Source of the DNA: a virus
Taxonomy: Duplodnaviria; Caudoviricetes
DNA length: 54,445 bases
Direction: 5' to 3' (one strand)
Virus record (IMG/VR): IMGVR_UViG_3300037462_000386
Span: 1 to 54,445 of that record
The stretch's first letter is position 1. Each line of letters starts with the position of its first letter. Position numbers and translations under genes: made by a program. Shown piece after piece: positions 8,771-17,509 of this stretch. The notes beneath the pieces are model-generated. The model was not told the origin of the DNA. It saw nothing but the letters and a program-made list of their open reading frames with translations, and searched no databases.

Positions 8771-9217
8771 TTAACGAACGCCAGCCCCAAGGGTTGTCTT
8801 GGGCGGCTGTTGTCGGCATTTTCGAAGCCTTTTGTCGTTGTACATTTTTGCGTCGGCCACCCGAATCGCGGCCTCCAAATCGGTGGCCAGGTTGCTCCGA
8901 CCAGCACTCCAGTATTTCAGCGGGGGCAGTTCGCCCCGATCGCTGAAGGCTAGGAGCTCGTCGCCACCCCAGTGGATTAGGTAGTCGGTGGAGCGGCGAA
9001 AATGTTGGTACAGCTCGGCGATCCCGGCCTGGATATGCCGATCGCCTGCCTCGTGGCCCTCTTTGTCGTTGATTTGCTTTAACCCGTCCAGATCGAAATA
9101 CCACACGTAGCGGTATCGGCGGGCAATGCGTCGATCGAAGGCAGTGCGAGTAATTAATCCCGTGAGGGGATGGGTCGTAATTTCTTGGTATCGACGAGCA
9201 GAGACGATGCGGAACAT
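8771..9217 (-). CDS. stand-alone GGDEF (diguanylate cyclase-like) protein
   Basis: HPLTGL, FDLDGLKQINDKEGHEAGD, WGGDEL, ADAKMY motifs; ATG 9217 preferred. Confidence 0.85.
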   Translation of the reverse strand: MFRIVSARRYQEITTHPLTGLITRTAFDRRIARRYRYVWYFDLDGLKQINDKEGHEAGDRHIQAGIAELYQHFRRSTDYLIHWGGDELLAFSDRGELPPLKYWSAGRSNLATDLEAAIRVADAKMYNDKRLRKCRQQPPKTTLGAGVR

Positions 9218-9266
9218 GGTGGTGTGTGGTGTGTGGTGGACACCGAGCATCAACAGGGGGATCGGT

Positions 9267-9539
9267 TTAACGCTTTGGCTGTTTTTCTGGTTTTGGTGCG
9301 TCCGGTAGCTTGCCGCAGTTCGCAACCTGTTTCTTCCATCTCAGATTGGTTGCCCGGGAGTCATGCCCTTGCCTGATCCGCTGATCCCTGATCCGGTGGG
9401 CATCTTTTAGGCACTGGCTGTACGTGTAAACTGCCTGCCCACTGCGCGGTGGGTTGGGGATTTTGATCTGTGCCTGAGCCGAGACAGTCGAAAATCCCAG
9501 CGCTGCAAAACCCAGCGCTACTGCAATAATTGGTTTCAT
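9267..9539 (-). CDS. small secreted protein
   Basis: signal peptide MKPIIAVALGFAALGFSTVSAQA; two Cys. Confidence 0.65.
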   Translation of the reverse strand: MKPIIAVALGFAALGFSTVSAQAQIKIPNPPRSGQAVYTYSQCLKDAHRIRDQRIRQGHDSRATNLRWKKQVANCGKLPDAPKPEKQPKR

Positions 9540-9946
9540 GGTTTGAGCGTGTCTGGTGGACTGACTCAACCAGCTAGCCGCCCGATCGTTGGCAGTGTGC
9601 AAGACTCCCAGCGATCGGGCCGTCAACAACAAGGGGTACTCTTACTGGTAGTCGCATCCACATCGATCGAAAATATCAACGGCTCCGCCGCAGTCTTCGC
9701 ACCAAGCGATCGCGGATTCTTCTAATACGGCGGCGGTGAATTGGCTGAGGTTATTCATCTTGATTGTGGACTTAGAACGATTCGACGATTTCCCAGGCCC
9801 GATCGGGTTCGATGGCGCGTACCGCTTTCGCCATTGCGGCAAAGCCCATCGGACGGGGGAGTTTGATTGATTTCGATGCGTCCAACTTGCGATTTTCGAG
9901 AATTACGGTCATATTGAAGGAACTCCAAAGTAGCTATTGGTGAACT

Positions 9947-9986
9947 AAAGCGATCGGGCAGCCGTGAGAAGTGGCCCGATCGCTTT
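9947..9986. promoter_or_regulatory. 13-bp stem hairpin built on HIP1-like sites
   Basis: AAAGCGATCGGGC...GCCCGATCGCTTT, intergenic. Confidence 0.5.
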
Positions 9987-10024
9987 TGATTTGCGGCCCC
10001 TGGCTATGGGGCAAAGCGCGAGAA

Positions 10025-10432
10025 TTACAGGCCGATTCGCAGATCCGGCCATGCGCCAACGAAGGCCCATACCTCCGAGTGGATGCGGCCCGATACCCGA
10101 TGCCGGAATGGGGCTGATGCCTGCCATCCCAATTGGACGACCTTGGCGGTGAGCAGGAATGTGGCGAATACCACAAGGGCGATGCAGTACATCGCACCGT
10201 AGAAGACCTTATAGGAAAGGTCAGAGTAAACCGCGTCAGTCACCGCTTGGGCCGTATCCCGCGCAGGCTGTTGGGCATCGGCGGCGGCATCGGCAGCAAG
10301 GGCGATCGCTTCCGAGCACTTGTCGTAGGCGGCTTCCCAAGTGGAGCGCAGCCGGAGGTCGCCATATTCGGCGCGGATTTGGTCGTCGGTCATGTGGGCA
10401 CGGACAGCGGACTTAATGGTGGTGAGTGTCAT
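10025..10432 (-). CDS. hypothetical membrane protein
   Basis: GGAG RBS before MTLTTIK; YGDLRLRSTWEAA motif; C-terminal TM. Confidence 0.65.
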   Translation of the reverse strand: MTLTTIKSAVRAHMTDDQIRAEYGDLRLRSTWEAAYDKCSEAIALAADAAADAQQPARDTAQAVTDAVYSDLSYKVFYGAMYCIALVVFATFLLTAKVVQLGWQASAPFRHRVSGRIHSEVWAFVGAWPDLRIGL

Positions 10433-10466
10433 TTGATTGGCTCCAGTTGAAATAGTTGTGAGTAGT

Positions 10467-11374
10467 GGATTGAGCGTCACCAGTCCGCGTCGGTGCATTT
10501 GTTGGTGCGGTGCCCGTCCGCTCGTCGGCGCTGGTGAGTGGCTCAATCCGGTGTGGGCGGCAGCACCATGGCCGTAGCGGATGCGTGCCACCCAAATACC
10601 CACGCCCGGAATCGAACCGGGCCGCGTCGCCTGAGTGGGGAGGTTAGGGCTAGGCCCAACCGTGGAACATACAGAACTCTTCCCAGAGCGCGCCGGGGAA
10701 GAGTGTTTCGTCGTCCTGGCACTGCTGGTAGTAGTCCCAGAACGCATCGCCCTCCTGCGTGGAGAGGGTGAGCAATTTGGCTTGAGCGACTTGTTGTTGT
10801 GCGTTGAGTTGCATGGCTTGAGTAAGTAGCTTGTACGGCCCTTGGCGGGCGATGCCCCATGCCCGAATCGAACGGGCGTCGCCAGGTGGGACGTGAGGCA
10901 CGGTAGGACCCAAACGTGATGGGTGCCAGATGGTGCCAGCACAGTTAACGACTGGTGCCATTGTCGGGGCAGTTGTAACGCCACTCCGAGCGGCGGGAAC
11001 TTGTTGATAGCGCAGAATCCCGCTTTTATGCTGCGTCGCCTCCCGCACCCACCGCCGCCGCCCGTCTGCCCTTTTGATGGGGCCACCCTACACCGCAGTG
11101 CGGGCCATGACCTGACGTTTTATCGGCTGATGAGGTGCGCTCATCGGCAAAACCCCCGGCTGGGAATCGAACCCAGCACCGACGCCGTGCGCCGAAACCA
11201 AAGGGGGTATGTCGTGTGTGGCGGTCGCTTCCGCCCCAACCGTGTCGCTGCTGTCACCCAACCCACGGTGCCTCGTTTCTCGCGTCGAGGGTGAACGCTC
11301 CGCCAGTACAACCCGCTGGTCCCGGTGCGGCCCCGTGGCCTAGAGGGCTTCCGGGTTGTCTCCCCCCGCCTCAT
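10467..11374 (-). ncRNA. long structured leader/ncRNA region with three tRNA-like T-arm elements
   Basis: T-loop UUCGAUU hairpins stacked on closing stems at 10599-10639, 10856-10890, 11152-11208; long stem 10467-10549; downstream of a consensus promoter. Confidence 0.5.
10650..10814 (-). CDS. small acidic hypothetical protein
   Basis: MQLNAQQQVAQAKLL...FWDYY...; sits between two T-arm elements. Confidence 0.5.
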   Translation of the reverse strand: MQLNAQQQVAQAKLLTLSTQEGDAFWDYYQQCQDDETLFPGALWEEFCMFHGWA

Positions 11375-11380
11375 GTATCT

Positions 11381-11425
11381 AATATATATCGCTCTAACCG
11401 ATATGTCAACCCCTTAGAGCGATAT
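11381..11425 (-). promoter_or_regulatory. sigma70 promoter overlapped by an inverted-repeat operator
   Basis: minus strand TTGACA (11409-11404), 17 bp, TATATT (11386-11381); IR ATATCGCTCTAA 11386-11397 / TTAGAGCGATAT 11414-11425. Confidence 0.75.
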
Positions 11426-11507
11426 TTTTTGCCTTGATTTTAATATTATGTCGGTTTAGACTGTGGATTGTATCGGTATAGGCGACGTTCTATAGTGTGG
11501 GAGCTGT

Positions 11508-11756
11508 GTGATGGCTGTTGTTGTGCCAACAAAATGGAAACTGTCCGAGCTGATGGCTCGACATAAAATCAAAAACAAAGAGCTGGCTGAAGAGCTTCAG
11601 GTCAGGCCGAACACCATATCCGATATGAAGAGGACGGATACGATGCCTCGGATAGATGGGAGTCGGCTTGACGAAATTGCGGCAGCGCTCACCAAGCTGT
11701 CCAAGATCGGCGAAGTTGTGCGCGGGGTTGATTTGCTGGAAGACCGCAACGAATAA
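11508..11756 (+). CDS. Cro/C1-type HTH repressor divergent from the leftward operon
   Basis: WKLSELMARHKIKNKELAEELQVRPNTISDM..PRID..LDEIAAAL. Confidence 0.85.
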   Translation: MMAVVVPTKWKLSELMARHKIKNKELAEELQVRPNTISDMKRTDTMPRIDGSRLDEIAAALTKLSKIGEVVRGVDLLEDRNE

Positions 11757-11768
11757 CACCGATCGGGA

Positions 11769-12098
11769 GTGCCAGAATGGAGAAACCAGAATAGGAGCGA
11801 TCTGGCCACCATCACCCGCGATATGCCACCGCCCCGGCTACTGGCGGAAGTGGTTTCCCCTGGAGATGAAGATTCCGACAACTACCAGCGCGATTATGTC
11901 CAGAAGCCCCAACAGTACGCCTCGATCGGGGTAGCAGAATACTGGATTATCGACCCCCACCGAGCATGGGTGATGGTTGGCACCTTGGCCGATGGGGCGT
12001 ATCAGTACCAGGCATTCCAAGGGGATGCAGTGATTCAGTCGCCGACCTTTCCTGGACTGAAGCTGACGGCGGCGCAGGTTTTGCGGGTGGGGAGCTAA
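11769..12098 (+). pseudogene. N-terminally truncated Uma2 (DUF820) endonuclease
   Basis: PPRLLAEVVSPG..RDYVQK..YASIGVAEYWIIDP..SPTFPGL; N-terminal part absent, weak start. Confidence 0.7.
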
Positions 12099-12276
12099 CT
12101 TGAATCAGGATTTACCCGTTGCGAAAATCTCGTTGGAGCGCCTATATCACCACCGCTGCTCTCGCTGCGACAAGTGGTGGTCGGTCGCAGATATTAGGCC
12201 GACTGAATTCGTTTGGTGCCCACACTGCGGACAACAGCATCAGGTGGGCACGATCGAGCTGGAAGACTTGGCGTGA

Positions 12277-12789
12277 TCAGCGGTTTTGGTTGAGCTGCTG
12301 TTTTAGATACTCGTTTTCAAGCCGAATCCGATCGGTGCTGGTGGTCGTCTCGGCGATCGATCGGCAGCTACTGCGGATGGATTGCTGTGTGGAAAGGGAG
12401 CCTTTCATGCCCTCACTATAGCGATTGAGACAGTCCTGGTAGCGTTGACCGACTTTGTCTTGACGGTTCCACTCAGTCATCCGGGCTGCGTCGTTAGAAT
12501 TTACCTGCTGCTGGCAGATGGCAGCAAGGACTTGGGCCGAGGTCTTGCCGTCGTTGCGGGCTGACAGGCAATCACGCAGGGCTTTGCCATTATCCTCAGA
12601 TAGACGCGGCGTCCGGTTCATGTAGATCGCGGTGTAGGTGGAGTTCTTGCCGCTGCCGCCACACAGGGCTGACAGGTCGATTCGACTGTCGCCCATCTCC
12701 ATGTAGCAAAGCGGCGTCGCTACAGCAGGGGCCACAGGGGTGAGGAGGGGCATGGCGACGAATGCGGCCAGAAGCACAAATATTTTCAT
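12277..12789 (-). CDS. secreted Cys-containing protein
   Basis: signal peptide MKIFVLLAAFVAM...; CYMEMG..IDLSALCG motif. Confidence 0.7.
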   Translation of the reverse strand: MKIFVLLAAFVAMPLLTPVAPAVATPLCYMEMGDSRIDLSALCGGSGKNSTYTAIYMNRTPRLSEDNGKALRDCLSARNDGKTSAQVLAAICQQQVNSNDAARMTEWNRQDKVGQRYQDCLNRYSEGMKGSLSTQQSIRSSCRSIAETTTSTDRIRLENEYLKQQLNQNR

Positions 12790-12949
12790 GGTTAAAGTGT
12801 TGGATTGCCACCCGTTCCTTCTAAGGTCGCCCGCAAAATCCGGGCAATTTCGTGGTCTCTTCCCTTTTTCTTTCCTTTTCTCTTCGATTTCTAAAGGCAC
12901 GGGTATCAGGGGATACTGGGAATTGAACAACTTGACCCCTGATTTCGTT

Positions 12950-13396
12950 ATGTATACAGCCGAAGGTTTGAAGCAGCAGTTTGGCAAGCTGTCTGTGGCG
13001 AAGGCTGAGTTCGGTTTGAAAGCGCGTGGCTGGCAGGCTCTTGCTGACAAACTGAATCAGCCTTCTGGTGAGGATGCGACCAAGCAACTGGAGCAATTAC
13101 GGCAGGAAAATGCCGCATTGAAACAAGAGCTGGCAGCACTCAAAGCTCAAGTGGGTAACTCTGACCCTGTTGGGTTCTGGCTCTTAGATGGCAACTTCGA
13201 TCGGTCCCGTTTTTCAGATTTCGGGGTGCCGGATGCGGCATTCAAGAAAGAATCAGTGGCGAAGCAATTCCACAAAGAACTATCTCGACGTTATCACCCA
13301 GATAAGGGTGGGACACCAGAGCAGATGGCAAATCTGAACAAGTTGTTGGATCAGATTTTAGCCTTGGTGGAAATGAACTACGGCGTGGGAGTGTAG
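12950..13396 (+). CDS. coiled-coil protein with C-terminal J-domain-like HPD motif
   Basis: FHKELSRRYHPDKGGTPEQMANLN; ATG 12950 preferred. Confidence 0.7.
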   Translation: MYTAEGLKQQFGKLSVAKAEFGLKARGWQALADKLNQPSGEDATKQLEQLRQENAALKQELAALKAQVGNSDPVGFWLLDGNFDRSRFSDFGVPDAAFKKESVAKQFHKELSRRYHPDKGGTPEQMANLNKLLDQILALVEMNYGVGV

Positions 13397-13399
13397 CAC

Positions 13400-14122
13400 A
13401 TGGCCGCAATTCAACTGGGTCAAGACTCAACCCTGGTTTTTGAAACGGTGCTTTCCCAGACGCAGGTGTCGAAGTTTAATCGATTAGTCCAGCGGCTCAT
13501 CGTCATTGGGGCAACCCCATATTTGCGCTTAGATGAGCTGCACGGAGTTCTTCTCACGCGCAGTCGGCAGGATGCGACTGATTTGGTGCTACACCACCGA
13601 GACCTGATCAAAAATTACTTGGTGACGGATAAGGTGCTGCTGAGGCCTGCTGGCGTTCAATCGGCGATCCGTCCGATGGGTGTCTATTTGCTACTAGAAC
13701 ACCTGGCGGAGGTGAACCCCAAGAAAGCTATCCAGTATCGAGCAAGCCTATCCTTGCTGTCGTTGATTCTGTCGAACAACTCGCAGTTGCTACTGGCGGC
13801 GATGAATGCCTCGGCGGAGCTGGACAGCAAAATCAAAGCGGTGATGAAGAAGCTCAAGCAGGCACACCCAGTTTGTCAGCTAACTGGCGAGGTGTTTAAT
13901 ACCACCAACGAGAAGCATGTGCATCACATTGAGTCAGCAGCGTTGAACCCGAAATTAGTGGCTGAAGAGTCTAATTTGGTCGTGATTCATGGCTGGGCGC
14001 ATGACCTGTACCATGACTGGGCGGCTAAACGGAATCTACCCATATGCCGTCAATCACTGGGCTTATTCGCTGTCGAAAAGGGCTACTCAACCCCCTTTGT
14101 TGAGTCGCTTAAAGCTGGCTGA
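13400..14122 (+). CDS. protein with C-terminal HNH endonuclease domain
   Basis: CQLTG..HVHHI..NLVVI...HDLYH. Confidence 0.7.
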   Translation: MAAIQLGQDSTLVFETVLSQTQVSKFNRLVQRLIVIGATPYLRLDELHGVLLTRSRQDATDLVLHHRDLIKNYLVTDKVLLRPAGVQSAIRPMGVYLLLEHLAEVNPKKAIQYRASLSLLSLILSNNSQLLLAAMNASAELDSKIKAVMKKLKQAHPVCQLTGEVFNTTNEKHVHHIESAALNPKLVAEESNLVVIHGWAHDLYHDWAAKRNLPICRQSLGLFAVEKGYSTPFVESLKAG

Positions 14123-14158
14123 CTAGATACGATCGTGAAGTTGTTTTGAGGGCCATAC

Positions 14159-14347
14159 ATGAATCAGACAGATCGTGAACTAATGGAAAGCATCTTGACT
14201 GCACAAGTTTTGCTGTTGTCAGACAGGATTGAGCGGGAACAAAAGGCAAAAGGCGTGACACGGGTAGGCGGCGACTACACCGCCGAAGCCGTGCGTCAAA
14301 TCAAACAAAGGAAATCTGCTGTTGTGCAGATGTTTCTAGCCGATTAA
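14159..14347 (+). CDS. small hypothetical protein
   Basis: GAGG RBS, helical 62-aa ORF. Confidence 0.5.
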   Translation: MNQTDRELMESILTAQVLLLSDRIEREQKAKGVTRVGGDYTAEAVRQIKQRKSAVVQMFLAD

Positions 14348-14581
14348 TAGCTTCGCCTTGAACAACATGGGCCGATGCCAGCAAGTGAGGGGCGACATCC
14401 CTCAAGATGCGATTGGCCTGTGTTAGATTTACGCCCTCCAAGCAATGCAAAATTTTGAGGGCGATCGTGTACTCCTCTAACTCAGTTTTGATGGGCGAAC
14501 ATACCGGATTTTGCATTTTATTAATTGTTCACTTCGACTCAATACTACCGCAGATTAATCAGTGCGCTTAACCATTCGACA

Positions 14582-14596
14582 ACTCCCCCTAGCACG
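14582..14596 (+). repeat. dispersed 15-bp motif
   Basis: exact ACTCCCCCTAGCACG. Confidence 0.85.
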
Positions 14597-14792
14597 TCTT
14601 CTCTGAACTTTCACTTTGCGCCAGGAACCCCCTGGCTACTGGATCCGAAGCGCGGAGATCGAGACGGTGTGGTTGCTGTCGGGGAAATGGTTCTGATTGA
14701 TTGCTTAACAAACTGTGATTACACGGCGGTGCTGCTGGCGCAGTGCCAGATTCAGCATGATTTGGACAGGTTGCGGATTGATAGCCCAGAGA

Positions 14793-15491
14793 TTATTTGG
14801 GCGGCTCTGGATCCGATGCGGCTGCGGCCTTGCTGTCTGGAGGTGCGGTTTGTGGAGTTTTATTGCCAGGGAGTGTTTTGCTTTGAGGCGGAGATTGGGT
14901 TTTGGATTGGGTATAGAGCTTTTTAACCCAATCCGCCTTGCTGTCCCAGTAGCGCGATAGCATCCCCATCTCCTTCGCCGTTGGCTCCGCTCCCCGCCCG
15001 ATCGCGCGTACCCGATCGGGCGGCATTTCCGCGCGCGCGGCAACGGCTTCGGTGTCGGATAGCAGGATGCGCGTGAACTCGGAAAACGTGCTAGGGGGAG
15101 TTCGGGTTTCGGGGCGCGACAGCAGTTCCTTTAGGCGTTCTGCGGCCCACATTTGGATCCTGACAAGTTCAAGGGGATCCGATACTCGCGCTATCTGCTC
15201 ATGCGTCACGGGCGATGTGTCAGCACTGCCAGACTCCCCCAATTCAAGCCAAGCCCTTACATCATCAACCGTCTGGGACTTGTAGGCGGCAATCATTTCA
15301 AGCATATCGATCGACAAATCGCGGACAAAGTTCTGACGATGCCACAGGCGCAGCGTGTCCTTTGTAATGCCCTTCCCCGCAGCGATCGTGATTGCGGTAG
15401 CCAGGTTGCCATAGCTGCCGTGTTTATTTTTCTCGCCTTCGACCCAGTTAGCCAAACGCTGTTTGTACGCTTCGGAAACCATATAAAGCAT
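14793..15491 (-). CDS. probable prophage (CI-like) repressor with two HTH-like regions
   Basis: SYGNLATAI..ITKDTLRLW and EAVAARAEMPPDRVRAIGRG; divergent from the early lytic operon. Confidence 0.65.
   Translation of the reverse strand: MLYMVSEAYKQRLANWVEGEKNKHGSYGNLATAITIAAGKGITKDTLRLWHRQNFVRDLSIDMLEMIAAYKSQTVDDVRAWLELGESGSADTSPVTHEQIARVSDPLELVRIQMWAAERLKELLSRPETRTPPSTFSEFTRILLSDTEAVAARAEMPPDRVRAIGRGAEPTAKEMGMLSRYWDSKADWVKKLYTQSKTQSPPQSKTLPGNKTPQTAPPDSKAAAASDPEPPK
15087..15101 (-). repeat. dispersed 15-bp motif
   Basis: exact copy on the minus strand. Confidence 0.85.
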
Positions 15492-15574
15492 TGAAACCGC
15501 CGTCAGAATTTACCGCAAACCCCGCGATACAAGGGCTTAGATATTAGACGAGACAAATCGTTGTAGATAATCGC

Positions 15575-15624
15575 TAAAGTTTTCGTCGAAAGTTGTTGAC
15601 GAAAACTTTATTCGGTGCAAGAAT
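15575..15624 (+). promoter_or_regulatory. lysis/lysogeny switch operator and rightward promoter
   Basis: 13-bp IR TAAAGTTTTCGTC/GACGAAAACTTTA overlapping TTGACG (15596), with TGcAAGAAT at 17-bp spacing. Confidence 0.6.
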
Positions 15625-15674
15625 CAAAACATCAGAGAAGCGACTGCGCTTCCTACTCCAAAACGAGGCAAACC

Positions 15675-15884
15675 ATGTCCCGCTTTACTGCAACTGGCGA
15701 ATACGCCAAACAAACCGTGCAAGTCCGAGTTCACAGGGCCTTCGCGAAGCAAATCGCGATCGTGCGTGATTGGATGCACGCCTTCCAGGATTTGGAGATT
15801 GAGCTAATTGCCCGCAACTCCGACAACAAAGTCGTGGCGCGGCAAACCTTTCTCCCCGGCGAATACCACCAAGACGCCGCCTAA
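15675..15884 (+). CDS. Cro-position small DNA-binding protein (RHH-like)
   Basis: GAGG RBS; TVQVRV strand followed by a helix; first gene of the early operon. Confidence 0.55.
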   Translation: MSRFTATGEYAKQTVQVRVHRAFAKQIAIVRDWMHAFQDLEIELIARNSDNKVVARQTFLPGEYHQDAA

Positions 15885-16016
15885 GTTTTCTGGCAGGCAA
15901 TCCCGCCAGAAAACGCCCCGAGTGAGGCCGACCAGCCGCGAGGTGGATTCCCCAATCCGGCCTCACTCAAAAGGGTGACACCACCGTCCGTCCAAAACTT
16001 TTTTCAGGAACTAACC

Positions 16017-16304
16017 ATGCTGACAAACGCTTCAAGTCCCTCGATCGTGGCGACATTGCAGGCCACCTACGGTTACGGGTTCAGCGAACTGACCCAAGGG
16101 CAGCGCATCGACTTACTGCGCTTGGTCGCCCACTGGCTGATGAACTACGGCGACTTCGACAACCAACCCAGCGTTGACTTACCTGGCGACCTCTGGACGC
16201 TAACGCTGCAAATGTCCCCGATCGAACTGGCCCAAACCGCCAAGGCCGTCGCCCGCAGCATTCGGCCCGACACATTCATCCGATCGCTGCCCCAGGCCGC
16301 ATAG
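16017..16304 (+). CDS. hypothetical protein
   Basis: AGGA RBS, in operon. Confidence 0.55.
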   Translation: MLTNASSPSIVATLQATYGYGFSELTQGQRIDLLRLVAHWLMNYGDFDNQPSVDLPGDLWTLTLQMSPIELAQTAKAVARSIRPDTFIRSLPQAA

Positions 16305-16370
16305 AACTGTCCACCTACAAACAAAAAACGGAGCAACTAACCACAGCGCTCCGTCCAAAACTTTTCAATT

Positions 16371-17126
16371 ATGCGCAATTATACCGAAATCCCTGAAAAC
16401 GGGCATCCGTCTGAGGATAGACCGACCGAATCGCTCGAAGCGCAAATGCTGCGCATCCTCAGCCACCACAAAGGCATCCACCGCGACTCCCTCTACATCC
16501 GCACAGGCCGCGATCGTGAGGCTTGCGTCGCGGCCCTCAAATCGTTACTCAACCAGGGCCGCGTGGTCGAAATCATCCAGTGTGATCGGGCCAGCCTCTA
16601 CCGGAAGGGAGAGCAACCCAAAAACTGCAAGGTCGTGCATTTCCATCAGCCACCGATGAAGGTCTATAGCGATCCGGCCTTAGCCGAACAGTGGAAGCGC
16701 GATGGCCGACGACAGCCCGACAAAAACACCGTCATCCACAAAGCCCCGGCGACAAAGCCCGTCAGTGCTACCCGAGAAAGAACCCTCAAGGTTGCACCCA
16801 AACCTCAACCCGAAAATTTACGAGTTGAAACAACTCCCCCTAGCACGTCAGCAGCTCCCCCCGCGCCTAATCGTCGCACTGGGAACAAAATCGCCAGCGA
16901 CATCGCCGATCGGGTGCCGTTGACGGGGTGGGTGCCCCTGTCTACCAAGGAACAGGTCCGCCGCGTTGCTGAGAGTCAGGGCGTCTCCGTCTCATCCCTA
17001 CTGACCGAAATCATCACCGAATGGCTAACGAACCAAGCAGGCATCAATGAGCCAACGCAACTGGCCACCGTGCTACGGCATGTCAATGCGGCCCAGGCAG
17101 TGCTCGATCGGTTGGCAAAAACATAG
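16371..17126 (+). CDS. DNA-binding protein: N-terminal wHTH, C-terminal ribbon-helix-helix
   Basis: ILSHHKGIHRDSLYIRTG..LKSLLNQGRV; VPLTGWVP..KEQVRRVAESQGVSVSSLLTEII. Confidence 0.65.
   Translation: MRNYTEIPENGHPSEDRPTESLEAQMLRILSHHKGIHRDSLYIRTGRDREACVAALKSLLNQGRVVEIIQCDRASLYRKGEQPKNCKVVHFHQPPMKVYSDPALAEQWKRDGRRQPDKNTVIHKAPATKPVSATRERTLKVAPKPQPENLRVETTPPSTSAAPPAPNRRTGNKIASDIADRVPLTGWVPLSTKEQVRRVAESQGVSVSSLLTEIITEWLTNQAGINEPTQLATVLRHVNAAQAVLDRLAKT
16806..16847 (+). repeat. dispersed motif, 42-bp long form
   Basis: CAACCCGAAAATTTACGAGTTGAAACAACTCCCCCTAGCACG. Confidence 0.9.
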
Positions 17127-17212
17127 CCCGACCAGTGCATCTACTCACCGATCGGGCTTGCCCGAAAAACCAGTTATCCAATCAAGCAATAGTGAATTCA
17201 ACTATTGAACTA

Positions 17213-17509
17213 ATGAGCAACACATTAACACAAAAATCGCCAGAGAAGCTAGAGGCCAAGGCGTTACAGCTAACGACAGACCAAATCAAAGAACTTTGGC
17301 GACTGCGAATCCTTACAGCAAGCGGCTATCTGTACCTGCTACTGCAAGCCCTTGGCCCGATAACCGTCCAGTCGAATGAGCAGTTTTGCAAAGAATGGGG
17401 CCTCACTCTGAAGACTTTTTATAAGGCGCGTAATCGACTACTAGAAGCCGGGATCGAAGTCCGAGTCGAGAAGAAAGCCCCAACCTTCATCGTCAAGGGG
17501 GTTGAGTAA
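17213..17509 (+). CDS. wHTH protein upstream of the initiator
   Basis: QFCKEWGLTLKTFYKARNRL. Confidence 0.6.
   Translation: MSNTLTQKSPEKLEAKALQLTTDQIKELWRLRILTASGYLYLLLQALGPITVQSNEQFCKEWGLTLKTFYKARNRLLEAGIEVRVEKKAPTFIVKGVE

Noticed and set aside
10433-11086. N-terminal 217 aa of ORF 10025..11086
   Set aside because: Low-complexity translation over structured RNA and another ORF; the RBS supports the ATG at 10432
10599-11208. canonical tRNA genes at the three T-loop hairpins
   Set aside because: No anticodon arm or full cloverleaf; reported as tRNA-like elements instead
11127-11212. hammerhead ribozyme (CTGATGA...GAAAC on the plus strand)
   Set aside because: Stems I and III cannot be formed; CTGATGAG pairs locally with CTCATC
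14525-14926. CDS 14525..14926 (+)
   Set aside because: TTG start, convergent overlap with the repressor and no recognisable motif; not supported enough to call
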